Source: Candidatus Heimdallarchaeum aukensis
Lineage (GTDB): Archaea; Asgardarchaeota; Heimdallarchaeia; Heimdallarchaeales; Heimdallarchaeaceae
Length of the DNA stretch: 64,000 nt
Assembly: GCA_021513695.1 (NCBI GenBank)
Contig: CP084166.1
Coordinates: 512,001 to 576,000, forward strand
Direction: 5' to 3'
Shown here: positions 19,373 to 27,717 of the stretch, one piece after another
Layout: the number at the start of each line of letters is the position of its first letter
Numbering within the stretch: the first letter of the stretch is position 1
Program-made: the position numbers and the translations under genes
Notes under the pieces: generated by a model
Told to the model about the DNA's origin: nothing
The model's database searches: none
What the model saw: only the letters and a program-made list of their open reading frames with translations

Positions 19373-20479
19373 ATGGATTTAAATTTTGTAGTTTCACTTA
19401 CTATCGCAATTTTCATGTTTATTTTAGGAATTATTTTCATAGTTCAATCAATAATTAAGAAAAGAACAGCGTACGTTTTTACTTCTTCAATGTTTATAGG
19501 GATGATTGCTTCTCTTATAGAAGTCTTTAGAGTAAGTAAATTACCTAATTTGGATTTTAATTCAAGCGTTTTACTTGTAATTCATTTATCATTTTGGTGC
19601 TTGATGTATCTACTTTCTTTGATTTTCTTCATTCAGCTTGAAAAAGAAAAAATCTTATCCTATATACTTCCAGTCGTCATGATTATTTATGTTCTACACA
19701 TAACTTTCGGGATTTTTTGGATTTACTCTGGTTCTTTTCCTGATCAAGCTCAGTCAACAATAACTATGTTATGGGACTTAACTTACGCTCTCATGGGAAT
19801 ACTCACTTTCTCTTACGGTGCTTATGTCCATTTTAAAACTGGAATAAAAGCACATGAAAAAGAAGGTTATTTGTTAGGAGGAGCACTCATTTTAATAAGT
19901 ATTGGCTTCCTTTTGGGTTTCATTAAAGATTTAGGTGTAAAAGTTGATATTCAAAGTATTCCTGTTGGAGAAGTACTTAAATTAATAGGTATTTTCACCT
20001 TTATTATATTCTACATTGCAAAACCAGATTACATCTTCAGATTACCTTTCCAAATTACTTCAGTTCTTGTATTTAACAGACTTGGAATGTTAATCTATTC
20101 AGCACAATATTTGACTGAAGATGGTGATGAGGAAATAGATCCTGATGATACATCGATGGAGCTAATTACTGCAGCAGTAAATGCATTTTCAACCTTTATG
20201 AAAGAAACAACTGGAAGCGAAGAACCTCTAAAAAGAGTAAAAACAGGAGATAAACTTCTGATAGTAGAACAAGGAGATAAATGTTCTATAGCAATAATCT
20301 CTACCTCTTCTAGTTATTTCATGATACAAAGCATGAGGAAAGTAATTAAGGAACTAGAAAAGAGATATGAAAAAGAACTAGAACTTGATTATACTGACTC
20401 TACCTTTTTCAATGAAGTACCGAAACTTATTTCCTACTCTTTTCCATTCTTGGGAATACCAAAAAAAGAATTGTATTAA
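19373..20479 (+). CDS. 7-TM membrane protein with C-terminal Roadblock/longin-like domain, paralog 2
   Basis: Seven hydrophobic helices by eye. Tail: SVLVFNRLGMLIYSAQ...MELITAAVNAFSTFMKETTG...LKRVKTGDKLLIVEQGDKCSIAIISTSSS..MIQSMRKVIKELEKRYE...SFPFLGIP. Confidence 0.6.
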   Translation: MDLNFVVSLTIAIFMFILGIIFIVQSIIKKRTAYVFTSSMFIGMIASLIEVFRVSKLPNLDFNSSVLLVIHLSFWCLMYLLSLIFFIQLEKEKILSYILPVVMIIYVLHITFGIFWIYSGSFPDQAQSTITMLWDLTYALMGILTFSYGAYVHFKTGIKAHEKEGYLLGGALILISIGFLLGFIKDLGVKVDIQSIPVGEVLKLIGIFTFIIFYIAKPDYIFRLPFQITSVLVFNRLGMLIYSAQYLTEDGDEEIDPDDTSMELITAAVNAFSTFMKETTGSEEPLKRVKTGDKLLIVEQGDKCSIAIISTSSSYFMIQSMRKVIKELEKRYEKELELDYTDSTFFNEVPKLISYSFPFLGIPKKELY

Positions 20480-20495
20480 AAAAAATCTTTTTTTT

Positions 20496-21617
20496 CTATT
20501 CTTCTTCTTTTTCAAAAGGAAAGACATAATTTAGTTTAAGATCATCGCGTAAAAAGATTAGGTCTCGAGCAATACTATCATTAATTGGTACACCATGCTC
20601 TCTTACTCTCTTTTCTGCTTCGTATTCTTTTTCTCCAGCAGTATAAATTCTTGATTCACCAGGAGCTTTTTTAGAGTTCCTGAGCTCTCTACATATCGAA
20701 CCAGAAATCTTTTTGAAAATATTTACATCAATAAAATGTTCTACGTTTATCGCAATAAAGAAATGACCAATCATAAAGTGCCTAAAAGAACCATCTTCGT
20801 TCAACCCACTTAAATCCTTTAGGAATTTTCCGTTCTGTAAAGCTGAAGATAATATCTCTACAACAGTAGAATAACCATACCCTTTATGTCCAGATAATTC
20901 TTCTCCCTTTCCTCCAAGAGGTAAAAGTGCAGCCTTTCCATTCACAAAATCAGAGATGAGCTGCTCAGCATCAGTTCTATACTCTCCAGTTTCAGTGTCT
21001 ATTACACAACCTAAAGGAAGATCTTTATTTTCCCGAGCATAAACTTCAACTTTTCCTCTTTGAATAATAGATGTAGCACAATCCAAAACAAAAGGAAAAG
21101 CTTCATCAGTAGGTATACCAAAAGTCAAAGGATTAGTGCCTAACATAGGCTCAACACCAAAAGTAGGTGCAACAGCAGGACGAGCATTTGTACCAGTAAT
21201 CCCTATACAGTTCTCTTTTACAGCCATAAGAGCATAATAACCAGCAATACCATAATGAGTACCATTACGAACAACAACCATACCTATACCAAACTTCTTA
21301 GCCTTAGAAATAGCAAGCTCCATAGCTTTATAGGAAATATAATGACCATTACCATGATGGGCATCAATAACAGCAATAGCATCTTTATCTTTAACAATTT
21401 CATATTTGCTAATAAGATGTTGCTTTCTCTTAATACGGTCATAATAATATTTTAATCGCTGAACACCATGACTTGTTATCCCGCGAAGATCTGACTCAAT
21501 TAAAACATCAGCACTAACTTGAGCTTCCTCAACAGGATAACCCAAAGAAACAAAAACATCTCGAATAAAATCATGCAATAAATCAACTGAAACATATTTC
21601 TGATTGGAATCTGTCAT
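20496..21617 (-). CDS. Ldh_2-family (malate/L-lactate/sulfolactate-type) 2-hydroxyacid dehydrogenase
   Basis: N-terminus VSADVLIESDLRGITSHGVQRLKYYYDRIK and HYGIAGYY; about 370 aa, typical of the family. Confidence 0.8.
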   Translation of the reverse strand: MTDSNQKYVSVDLLHDFIRDVFVSLGYPVEEAQVSADVLIESDLRGITSHGVQRLKYYYDRIKRKQHLISKYEIVKDKDAIAVIDAHHGNGHYISYKAMELAISKAKKFGIGMVVVRNGTHYGIAGYYALMAVKENCIGITGTNARPAVAPTFGVEPMLGTNPLTFGIPTDEAFPFVLDCATSIIQRGKVEVYARENKDLPLGCVIDTETGEYRTDAEQLISDFVNGKAALLPLGGKGEELSGHKGYGYSTVVEILSSALQNGKFLKDLSGLNEDGSFRHFMIGHFFIAINVEHFIDVNIFKKISGSICRELRNSKKAPGESRIYTAGEKEYEAEKRVREHGVPINDSIARDLIFLRDDLKLNYVFPFEKEEE

Positions 21618-21959
21618 CTCATTCTTAACTTAAAATTAGTCAATATAAATATTGTTTAAAATAGAAAAAAAATAAAAGAAATTCAAAAAATAAATTTCCA
21701 AAAAAAATTATCTGTATTATCTTTACATTGCTAAATTAAATATAAAATATCCATACAAATAGTTTTTTAGATACTACAACAGAATATCGCATTTATTATC
21801 ATTTATAAAGAAGTAGCATTTTTAAAGAAATTTTTTTTTTGTTTTTTTTTGAAGCATACTGTTTTGCAAAAAAATGTAGAAAATGATAAATAAATCTTTG
21901 AAACAACTAAATAAAAAACTTGAAACATAACAATTAACATTTACTTTTTTGAGAAAAAG

Positions 21960-22523
21960 TTATGATTTTTTCATTTCAAGCTGATTTACCAACCATGTAA
22001 ATGCTTCGTTTACTCCTGTTCCGTTTATTGCACTGCAGTCAAACACTGCAAAAGTTCTATCTTTCATTTCTAAATGTAGTCCTAGCAATTGTATTAGCAT
22101 TGGTGCTTGTATTGATTCTGGTAGATCTTGTTTATTTGCTATTATCAGGCAAGGTATTTTTTCTAAATACGGATTGTTAAATACATGAACTTTTAATATA
22201 TCTCTCGCTTCTGGCAATCTTTCTATATCTGCTGCATCTATTACAAATATTACTGCTGAACTTCCTGGGTAATGCACTTCCCATAGAAATCTGAACTGTT
22301 TTTGTCCTGCTACATCTACTATAGTAATATTCCAATCTGCAAAGTTTACTGTATCTATGTTTTGTCCTATTGTTGGTACTGTATCTTGAAAGTCTCCTGT
22401 GTTTACATATTTCATTAATGTAGTCTTACCTGCTGAATCTAAGCCTAAAACGATAATTTTAGCCTTTTTTTCTGATTTAAGTTTTTTCCTTAACCAAGAA
22501 GAAAACGATAGTTTAGAGCTCAT
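21960..22523 (-). CDS. Arf/Arl-like small GTPase
   Basis: KIIVLGLDSAGKTTL (P-loop in the Arf form GLDxAGKTT), VPTIGQNIDTV, DVAGQ, LWEVHY, ANKQDLP, SAINGTGVNEAFTWLVNQL. N-terminal basic amphipathic segment MSSKLSFSSWLRKKLKSEKK without Gly2. Confidence 0.9.
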   Translation of the reverse strand: MSSKLSFSSWLRKKLKSEKKAKIIVLGLDSAGKTTLMKYVNTGDFQDTVPTIGQNIDTVNFADWNITIVDVAGQKQFRFLWEVHYPGSSAVIFVIDAADIERLPEARDILKVHVFNNPYLEKIPCLIIANKQDLPESIQAPMLIQLLGLHLEMKDRTFAVFDCSAINGTGVNEAFTWLVNQLEMKKS

Positions 22524-22615
22524 TGTGTATTATTTCTTTATTCTAATTACCCATTAATAAAAATTGTCTAAGTCTTCAACAATAAAAAAAGAAAGTGATA
22601 AATCTTAAAAAAAAA

Positions 22616-24808
22616 TTATTGGTGTTTCTTTGCTAATTCTATTAGTTCAGGAAAGTCCATTCCTAGTTCTTTTAATTTTTCTATAGTAGGTACACCGTTT
22701 TCTGTCCATCCTCTTCTTTCATATACAGCTTTTTTCAACTTTTCATACCTTTCTTCTCTGTATTTTCTTATTGCGGCCATCTTTTCTTCTACTGTCATGT
22801 TTGTTGGATCTACACCTACTTTTTCTTTTAGTTCTTTAAGGTAGTATTTGTCTTCTCTGGACAGGTATTCTTCTTTTGTTACTGGACCCATAGCTCTAAA
22901 GGGTATAGTGTCTAATTCTTTGTAAGTTACACCTTCTGGAATGAAAAGTAAATTCATTACTCTTTGGAAGTTATAGACTCTTTCACTCATTTTAATATAT
23001 TCTCTAGAATCTATATTATTACCTGTTACACTATTGAAGTATTGGACATAATTTAGAACGTGTTCTGGCACTTTTGCAGGGTCGGCTAGATCTTCAGGAA
23101 CAGTCATTCCATGCTTTTCTATCTTTCCTTCTGCAAATTCTTTATTATCTTCTGGAACAATATCGTTCCAAGGTAACTTACATAGACCTAATAGTCCAAA
23201 GGAAGTTCTCCACATTGGGAACCACCATAGAGCTTCTGCTTTTTGTTCGAAAGTGGGCATAAAGTTATGCACCATGTCTAGAAAGATTAACCATGCTTCA
23301 TCGTGCTGTGGTCCCTTGAGTGTAAGACCATATCCTCCTTGTTGTGCAAGTGACTCTTTTGTCATATATTCGCTAAATTCTAGACCTTTAGATTCCATTC
23401 CTATATCGTCCAAAAGTTTGGCTTCTTCCTCACTCAAGTTAAACTCTTTCTTGAAGTACTCTTTCATGTATCTAATTCCTTTACCGAATATTTTACCGAA
23501 CCCATCTCCTTTTGCTACTTGGTGAATAACTTCCATTGCTCCTTCAAAATTGCCCCAAGAGAGATCTATTCCTCCAGTTCTTTCTTTGTTTAATATTCCG
23601 TATTCGTAGCACTCCATACAGAAGGCCATACCTGTTCCTACACTAATAGTATCTAAACCATAGTTATCACAATAGAAATTAACTTCAATAACATGGTCTG
23701 GGTCCCACATGTACCAGTTAGAACCTACTCCAGCAGCTGTTTCATATTCTGGACCGTCGACAGTTACTTTTTGACCTTTGTATGGTCCAGTTTTACATTC
23801 AAAACTACTCACACCATGAGTACATCCTACTGTACATCCTTTCCAACATGGGTCTGGTCCTTTTTCAAATCTCTTATAATAAGCTTCTTTACCTATTTTT
23901 TCTGCTTGTGGGTCAGAACCAAATTTGAAGTTCTTTGTTGGTAAAAGGTCAAAATCATTCATTATTGGAATCAAATGTATAGTTCCAATATTTCTCATAT
24001 CGTTTTGCTTTGGATCGAGTTCAGTTATTTCTTTACTGTGTCTCTTGGCTACTTCTTTCTCTGCTTCAGGATTAGCAGGATTGTTAGATTTGACGTTAAC
24101 ATTGCTTTTTCTTACAACTAGAGCTTTTATTTTCTTATTTCTAAATACAGTTCCTGTTCCTCCTCTTCCGGCTTGTTTATATCTTACATATCCTCTTTTA
24201 CCGTCAAACCAACTGAAATTTAAGCAACCCATATAAGCATTTTCTGCTCCAGGACCTGCAGATACAACAGAAATATTTCTTTTATCTTTTTCATCTACTG
24301 CATATCTCTCAGTAAGTATTTTTCCTATCTGAAAAGTTTCTGAAGGTAAATCTTCTGCTTCTTCGATGATTATTTTTCCATTATCTCCATCAATAAAAAT
24401 GACTAATTCTTTTTCTGCTTTACCTTGAATGGCCATAGCATCGAAACCTGCAAATTTGAGAAAAGGACCAAAATATCCTCCAACGTTTGAATCAACCAAA
24501 ATACCAGTTAATGGAGAAATGGCTGTTACAATACTTTTACCTGAACCAGGATAGTTGGTTGTTCCACCTAATGGTCCAGAAGCTATACAAAGAACATTAT
24601 CTGGGTCATCCCATTTTACTTTTTTGTCTTTAGGAATATATTTCCAAGTTAGCCAAAGATCAAATCCCCTTCCACCTATGAATTTTTCTTTCATTTCTTC
24701 TGTAACATCTTCTATTTTTGCTTCTAACGTTTCTAAATTAATGTACAATGTTTTGTTAGCATATCCTTTATCTATTACTGGAACTTCATAATTTATCTCT
24801 TTAATCAT
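22616..24808 (-). CDS. aor: tungsten-type aldehyde:ferredoxin oxidoreductase family protein
   Basis: GGRGFDLWL, GPEYETAAGVGSNW, GLDTISVGTGMAFCMECYE, and Cys ligand region CWKGCTVGCTH. At 730 aa it has a C-terminal extension relative to the roughly 600-aa members I recall. Confidence 0.9.
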   Translation of the reverse strand: MIKEINYEVPVIDKGYANKTLYINLETLEAKIEDVTEEMKEKFIGGRGFDLWLTWKYIPKDKKVKWDDPDNVLCIASGPLGGTTNYPGSGKSIVTAISPLTGILVDSNVGGYFGPFLKFAGFDAMAIQGKAEKELVIFIDGDNGKIIIEEAEDLPSETFQIGKILTERYAVDEKDKRNISVVSAGPGAENAYMGCLNFSWFDGKRGYVRYKQAGRGGTGTVFRNKKIKALVVRKSNVNVKSNNPANPEAEKEVAKRHSKEITELDPKQNDMRNIGTIHLIPIMNDFDLLPTKNFKFGSDPQAEKIGKEAYYKRFEKGPDPCWKGCTVGCTHGVSSFECKTGPYKGQKVTVDGPEYETAAGVGSNWYMWDPDHVIEVNFYCDNYGLDTISVGTGMAFCMECYEYGILNKERTGGIDLSWGNFEGAMEVIHQVAKGDGFGKIFGKGIRYMKEYFKKEFNLSEEEAKLLDDIGMESKGLEFSEYMTKESLAQQGGYGLTLKGPQHDEAWLIFLDMVHNFMPTFEQKAEALWWFPMWRTSFGLLGLCKLPWNDIVPEDNKEFAEGKIEKHGMTVPEDLADPAKVPEHVLNYVQYFNSVTGNNIDSREYIKMSERVYNFQRVMNLLFIPEGVTYKELDTIPFRAMGPVTKEEYLSREDKYYLKELKEKVGVDPTNMTVEEKMAAIRKYREERYEKLKKAVYERRGWTENGVPTIEKLKELGMDFPELIELAKKHQ

Positions 24809-24928
24809 ATTAATACACCCGAGAATATCGTTATAAATACGAAAAAAATCAACTATATAATTTTAACTCTATCTCGTCAAGTATTAAAGAAAACTAACTT
24901 TTTCTTTTAACTAAAAAGAAAGTTAACT

Positions 24929-25348
24929 TTACGAAGAATTATCAATCTTAAATTTATTAGCATTTTTGGGTTCGTGTCCAGCTTCAAAAGATTGTATCTC
25001 AAGAGTATATCTGTCAGGATCATTAAAGAAGATGTTATAAATTTGATATTTTTCGTACATACTAGGCTCTTTAGTTAGATTGACACCTTTCTCTTTAAGG
25101 TATTTCGCCCAAAGATTCACTTCATCTGGTGTTTCAACAACTAATGTTAAACATGTTTTCTCAGGATTTGAAATTTCTTCACTTGTTTCACAGAATCCCC
25201 AGTAACCATTTGAACCTATGTTATAAATTATACAGTTTGTCTGCTCTAAGGCAACTTCAAGTTCTAATAGACCAGAATAGAACTTTTTATTTTCTTCTAA
25301 ATTTTTTGTTTTCAAAAAGGTAATAGGATAAATAATTTTTGGAAGCAT
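24929..25348 (-). CDS. glyoxalase/VOC-superfamily protein
   Basis: 139 aa; TFLKTKNLEENKKFYSGLLELEV ... FNDPDRYTLEIQ fits the paired beta-alpha-beta-beta-beta pattern. Confidence 0.55.
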   Translation of the reverse strand: MLPKIIYPITFLKTKNLEENKKFYSGLLELEVALEQTNCIIYNIGSNGYWGFCETSEEISNPEKTCLTLVVETPDEVNLWAKYLKEKGVNLTKEPSMYEKYQIYNIFFNDPDRYTLEIQSFEAGHEPKNANKFKIDNSS

Positions 25349-25403
25349 ATATTAAATAAGTTATTCTTCTTTTAAAAATTTCTTGAGAATGTATGGATTT
25401 TTT

Positions 25404-26516
25404 TCAAACTCCAACTGTTAGTTTTGATTCATCTACAAATGGGAAGTACAATGGAATGTATTTCACTGCATCATCGAAAACAGAGGCATCTCCGCTAAAA
25501 CATACAATCTGCTCTCTAAACATTGAATTAAACTTGTTTACAAAATGTTCAAGTGAAGTGTCAAATATCCTTACCCTTCTATCAACTATTAACACTCCGA
25601 TAATATCATCTTTCTCTTTGGTTATCATGACTCTATCTTTTAGTTCAACACATTTTAATAACTGATAGGATGAATTGGTTACTTCAGAAATAAAATGAGC
25701 AAAAGCGTTAATCATTCCCCCAATTAACAAACCCTCTGATTCTTTTTTAGAATAGTTTGAAGCAGAGAAAAGAGTTGTTCCATTTTTATTAATTATTAAG
25801 AAGTTAAAAATCTCTGCAGAAGTGAATAAGACAAATTTAGGGTCAATTAAATAAATGACCAAAGTTACACCGAGAGCTAACCCAAAACCTATAGCACCAT
25901 ATGTTTCTAAAGGAACTACATGTTCCAAAAATTCCAAAATAGCCACTATAAAAGCTATAAAGAAGCTTATCCATAATAGTAATGTATGATATTGAGCTTT
26001 TTTACCTACACTCTTAACAAAGGTAAAAGTTATTCCTACTAAACATACTGTAACAACATATAGTTGAAAAAAATCTAAAAACCAAATATATAAACAGTCA
26101 TTCTTTGTTGGAACCTTCAAATTCGTAGAGATCGGGGGTAAATCAAAGAAAATATTTATCAAATAAGTAACAAATAAAGAAAAAATAATAATGTAACCTG
26201 CTTGAACTACTCTACGATCCCAAGCGTTGAAGTTACTAAAATGTATTAAAATATATAGAAATACAAGAGCATAAGGAATAATCTCTAAAGAAGGTAAATA
26301 ACTATTTTCTAAATATGCCCACTGATAACCTGCTACACGGGCAAAATAGAAAAAGAATTCTACTACACTTTGTATAATCGCCAGAATTAATGCAGCAATT
26401 AAATTTTTATAACCTTGAACTTTGTTTACTGTGCTCCGATAAGAAAAAACACCTAACATAATCAAAATAATAACAACTTGAAATAGTTTGAATATCGCTT
26501 GGCTTAGAGTTTCCAA
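25404..26516 (-). CDS. 7-TM membrane protein with C-terminal Roadblock/longin-like domain, paralog 3
   Basis: Seven hydrophobic helices by eye. Tail: FNFLIINKNGTTLFSAS...GLLIGGMINAFAHFISEVTN..LLKCVELKDRVMITKEKDDIIGVLIVDRR..FDTSLEHFVNKFNSMF...YFPFVDE. Confidence 0.6.
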   Translation of the reverse strand: METLSQAIFKLFQVVIILIMLGVFSYRSTVNKVQGYKNLIAALILAIIQSVVEFFFYFARVAGYQWAYLENSYLPSLEIIPYALVFLYILIHFSNFNAWDRRVVQAGYIIIFSLFVTYLINIFFDLPPISTNLKVPTKNDCLYIWFLDFFQLYVVTVCLVGITFTFVKSVGKKAQYHTLLLWISFFIAFIVAILEFLEHVVPLETYGAIGFGLALGVTLVIYLIDPKFVLFTSAEIFNFLIINKNGTTLFSASNYSKKESEGLLIGGMINAFAHFISEVTNSSYQLLKCVELKDRVMITKEKDDIIGVLIVDRRVRIFDTSLEHFVNKFNSMFREQIVCFSGDASVFDDAVKYIPLYFPFVDESKLTVGV

Positions 26517-26647
26517 AGTAAATCAATTAATTGATTATATTTCTATTATATTAAATTTATGTAAAAATGCCAAAGTTACATTTTAGAAAAGATATTGAAA
26601 AAATATACTAAAACTTCTTGAATTACATATTTTTCTTTAATGAGATA

Positions 26648-26935
26648 TCATCCCCCTGCAACAAAAGGAAGTATCGATATTTCAGTTTTATCTTCAGTTA
26701 CTAGATAAGTTGACAGCTCTTCATGATGAATAGTTTTGCTATTTATCATTATATTATAAAAAGAATGTAGCTTTTTATTTGTAAATAGGAGTCCATCAAG
26801 CTCTGGATACGTCTTAGTTAAAAATTCTATTGCTTCTAAAACAGTTATTTCCTTATCTTCTAATTCAATTTCGACTTCTGCTTTATTTCCTAAAGTAGAC
26901 CTTAACTGACCAAACAAGCGAAAAATAACTCTCAT
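26648..26935 (-). CDS. MoaD/ThiS-type beta-grasp (ubiquitin-like) protein ending in Gly-Gly
   Basis: 95 aa. MoaD-like start MRVIFRLFGQLRSTLG and C-terminus ...ILPFVAGG directly followed by the stop. Confidence 0.7.
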   Translation of the reverse strand: MRVIFRLFGQLRSTLGNKAEVEIELEDKEITVLEAIEFLTKTYPELDGLLFTNKKLHSFYNIMINSKTIHHEELSTYLVTEDKTEISILPFVAGG

Positions 26936-27000
26936 TCTTTTTCCTCTGATAAGATAAAGTAGATTAAAAGAATAAAATTGTTATGTTTTGTCAATTCTTT

Positions 27001-27561
27001 TTATATAGAATTTACCTCAAAGAATTTGACTATATTTTCTATAAGAGTAATAAAAGCTCTTTCTACATTTTCTCCTGTTTTAGCTGAAGTTTCTATATAA
27101 GGTACTTCGAATCCACTCCAATTACTTAGGCTTTTGGCATAATCTGCAGCATATTCATATGGTACTGCATTAGGAGTTGAATCACGAAGATCAGATTTGT
27201 TTCCAATTAAAAGCATAGGAACAATCTTATTTTTGTTATTCTTGATTAACTCATGAATCCAATTAGGTAATAATTCATATGTTTCAGGTCTTGAAATGTC
27301 AAAAACTAGCAAAGCACCTGAAGTTCCTCGATAATATACTTCTCTCACTGCAGAAAAACGTTGTTGTCCTGCTAAATCCCATATCTGTAGAGTATACTCA
27401 ATATTATTTAGTAGCATTTTCTTTACTGCAAAGTCTGCACCTACTGTCATGGCATATCCTGATTCAAAAGTTTCTCCTAAATATCGACGTCTTAACGATG
27501 TTTTACCTACTGCTCCTTCACCAAGCAATGAAACTTTAAAGATTCTCTGCACTTTTTTCAT
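27001..27561 (-). CDS. Rab/Ras-like small GTPase
   Basis: LLGEGAVGKTSL (P-loop), WDLAGQQRF, YYRGTSGALLVFDIS, GNKSDL, ETSAKTGENVERAF. No C-terminal Cys (ends FFEVNSI). Confidence 0.9.
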   Translation of the reverse strand: MKKVQRIFKVSLLGEGAVGKTSLRRRYLGETFESGYAMTVGADFAVKKMLLNNIEYTLQIWDLAGQQRFSAVREVYYRGTSGALLVFDISRPETYELLPNWIHELIKNNKNKIVPMLLIGNKSDLRDSTPNAVPYEYAADYAKSLSNWSGFEVPYIETSAKTGENVERAFITLIENIVKFFEVNSI

Positions 27562-27717
27562 CTCTCTCTATTTCTAAAGAACTCATGCACAACATATTAT
27601 TAAATTATTTGTTTACTTGCAATGTCTACTATTTAAGAAAATTATTTTTTAGAAAAACTCTTAGTGCATTTTACCTTTTAATTAGCTTTTTATAGTTCTT
27701 TAACTACTAATAACAAG

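Noticed and set aside
19014-19382. 122-aa alternative-frame ORF inside the IS6-like element (and its twin at 49345-49593)
   Set aside because: It overlaps the transposase frame, which carries the DDE motifs. Its product is a hydrophobic low-complexity sequence.
23074-24791. Five plus-strand ORFs (62-103 aa) inside the AOR gene
   Set aside because: They are antisense to a 730-aa gene with strong family motifs. Their products are low-complexity Ser/Phe/Leu-rich. Similar antisense ORFs inside other long genes were rejected for the same reason, including 4031-4246, 6099-6425, 9043-9321, 10153-10422, 28662-29078, 36627-36911, 40577-40906, 41642-41854 and 44933-45259.
26648-26935. Eukaryote-type ubiquitin
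   Set aside because: The N-terminal pattern is MoaD/ThiS-like. There is no ubiquitin-like sequence similarity that I can see, and no E1, E2, RING or deubiquitinase genes are nearby.
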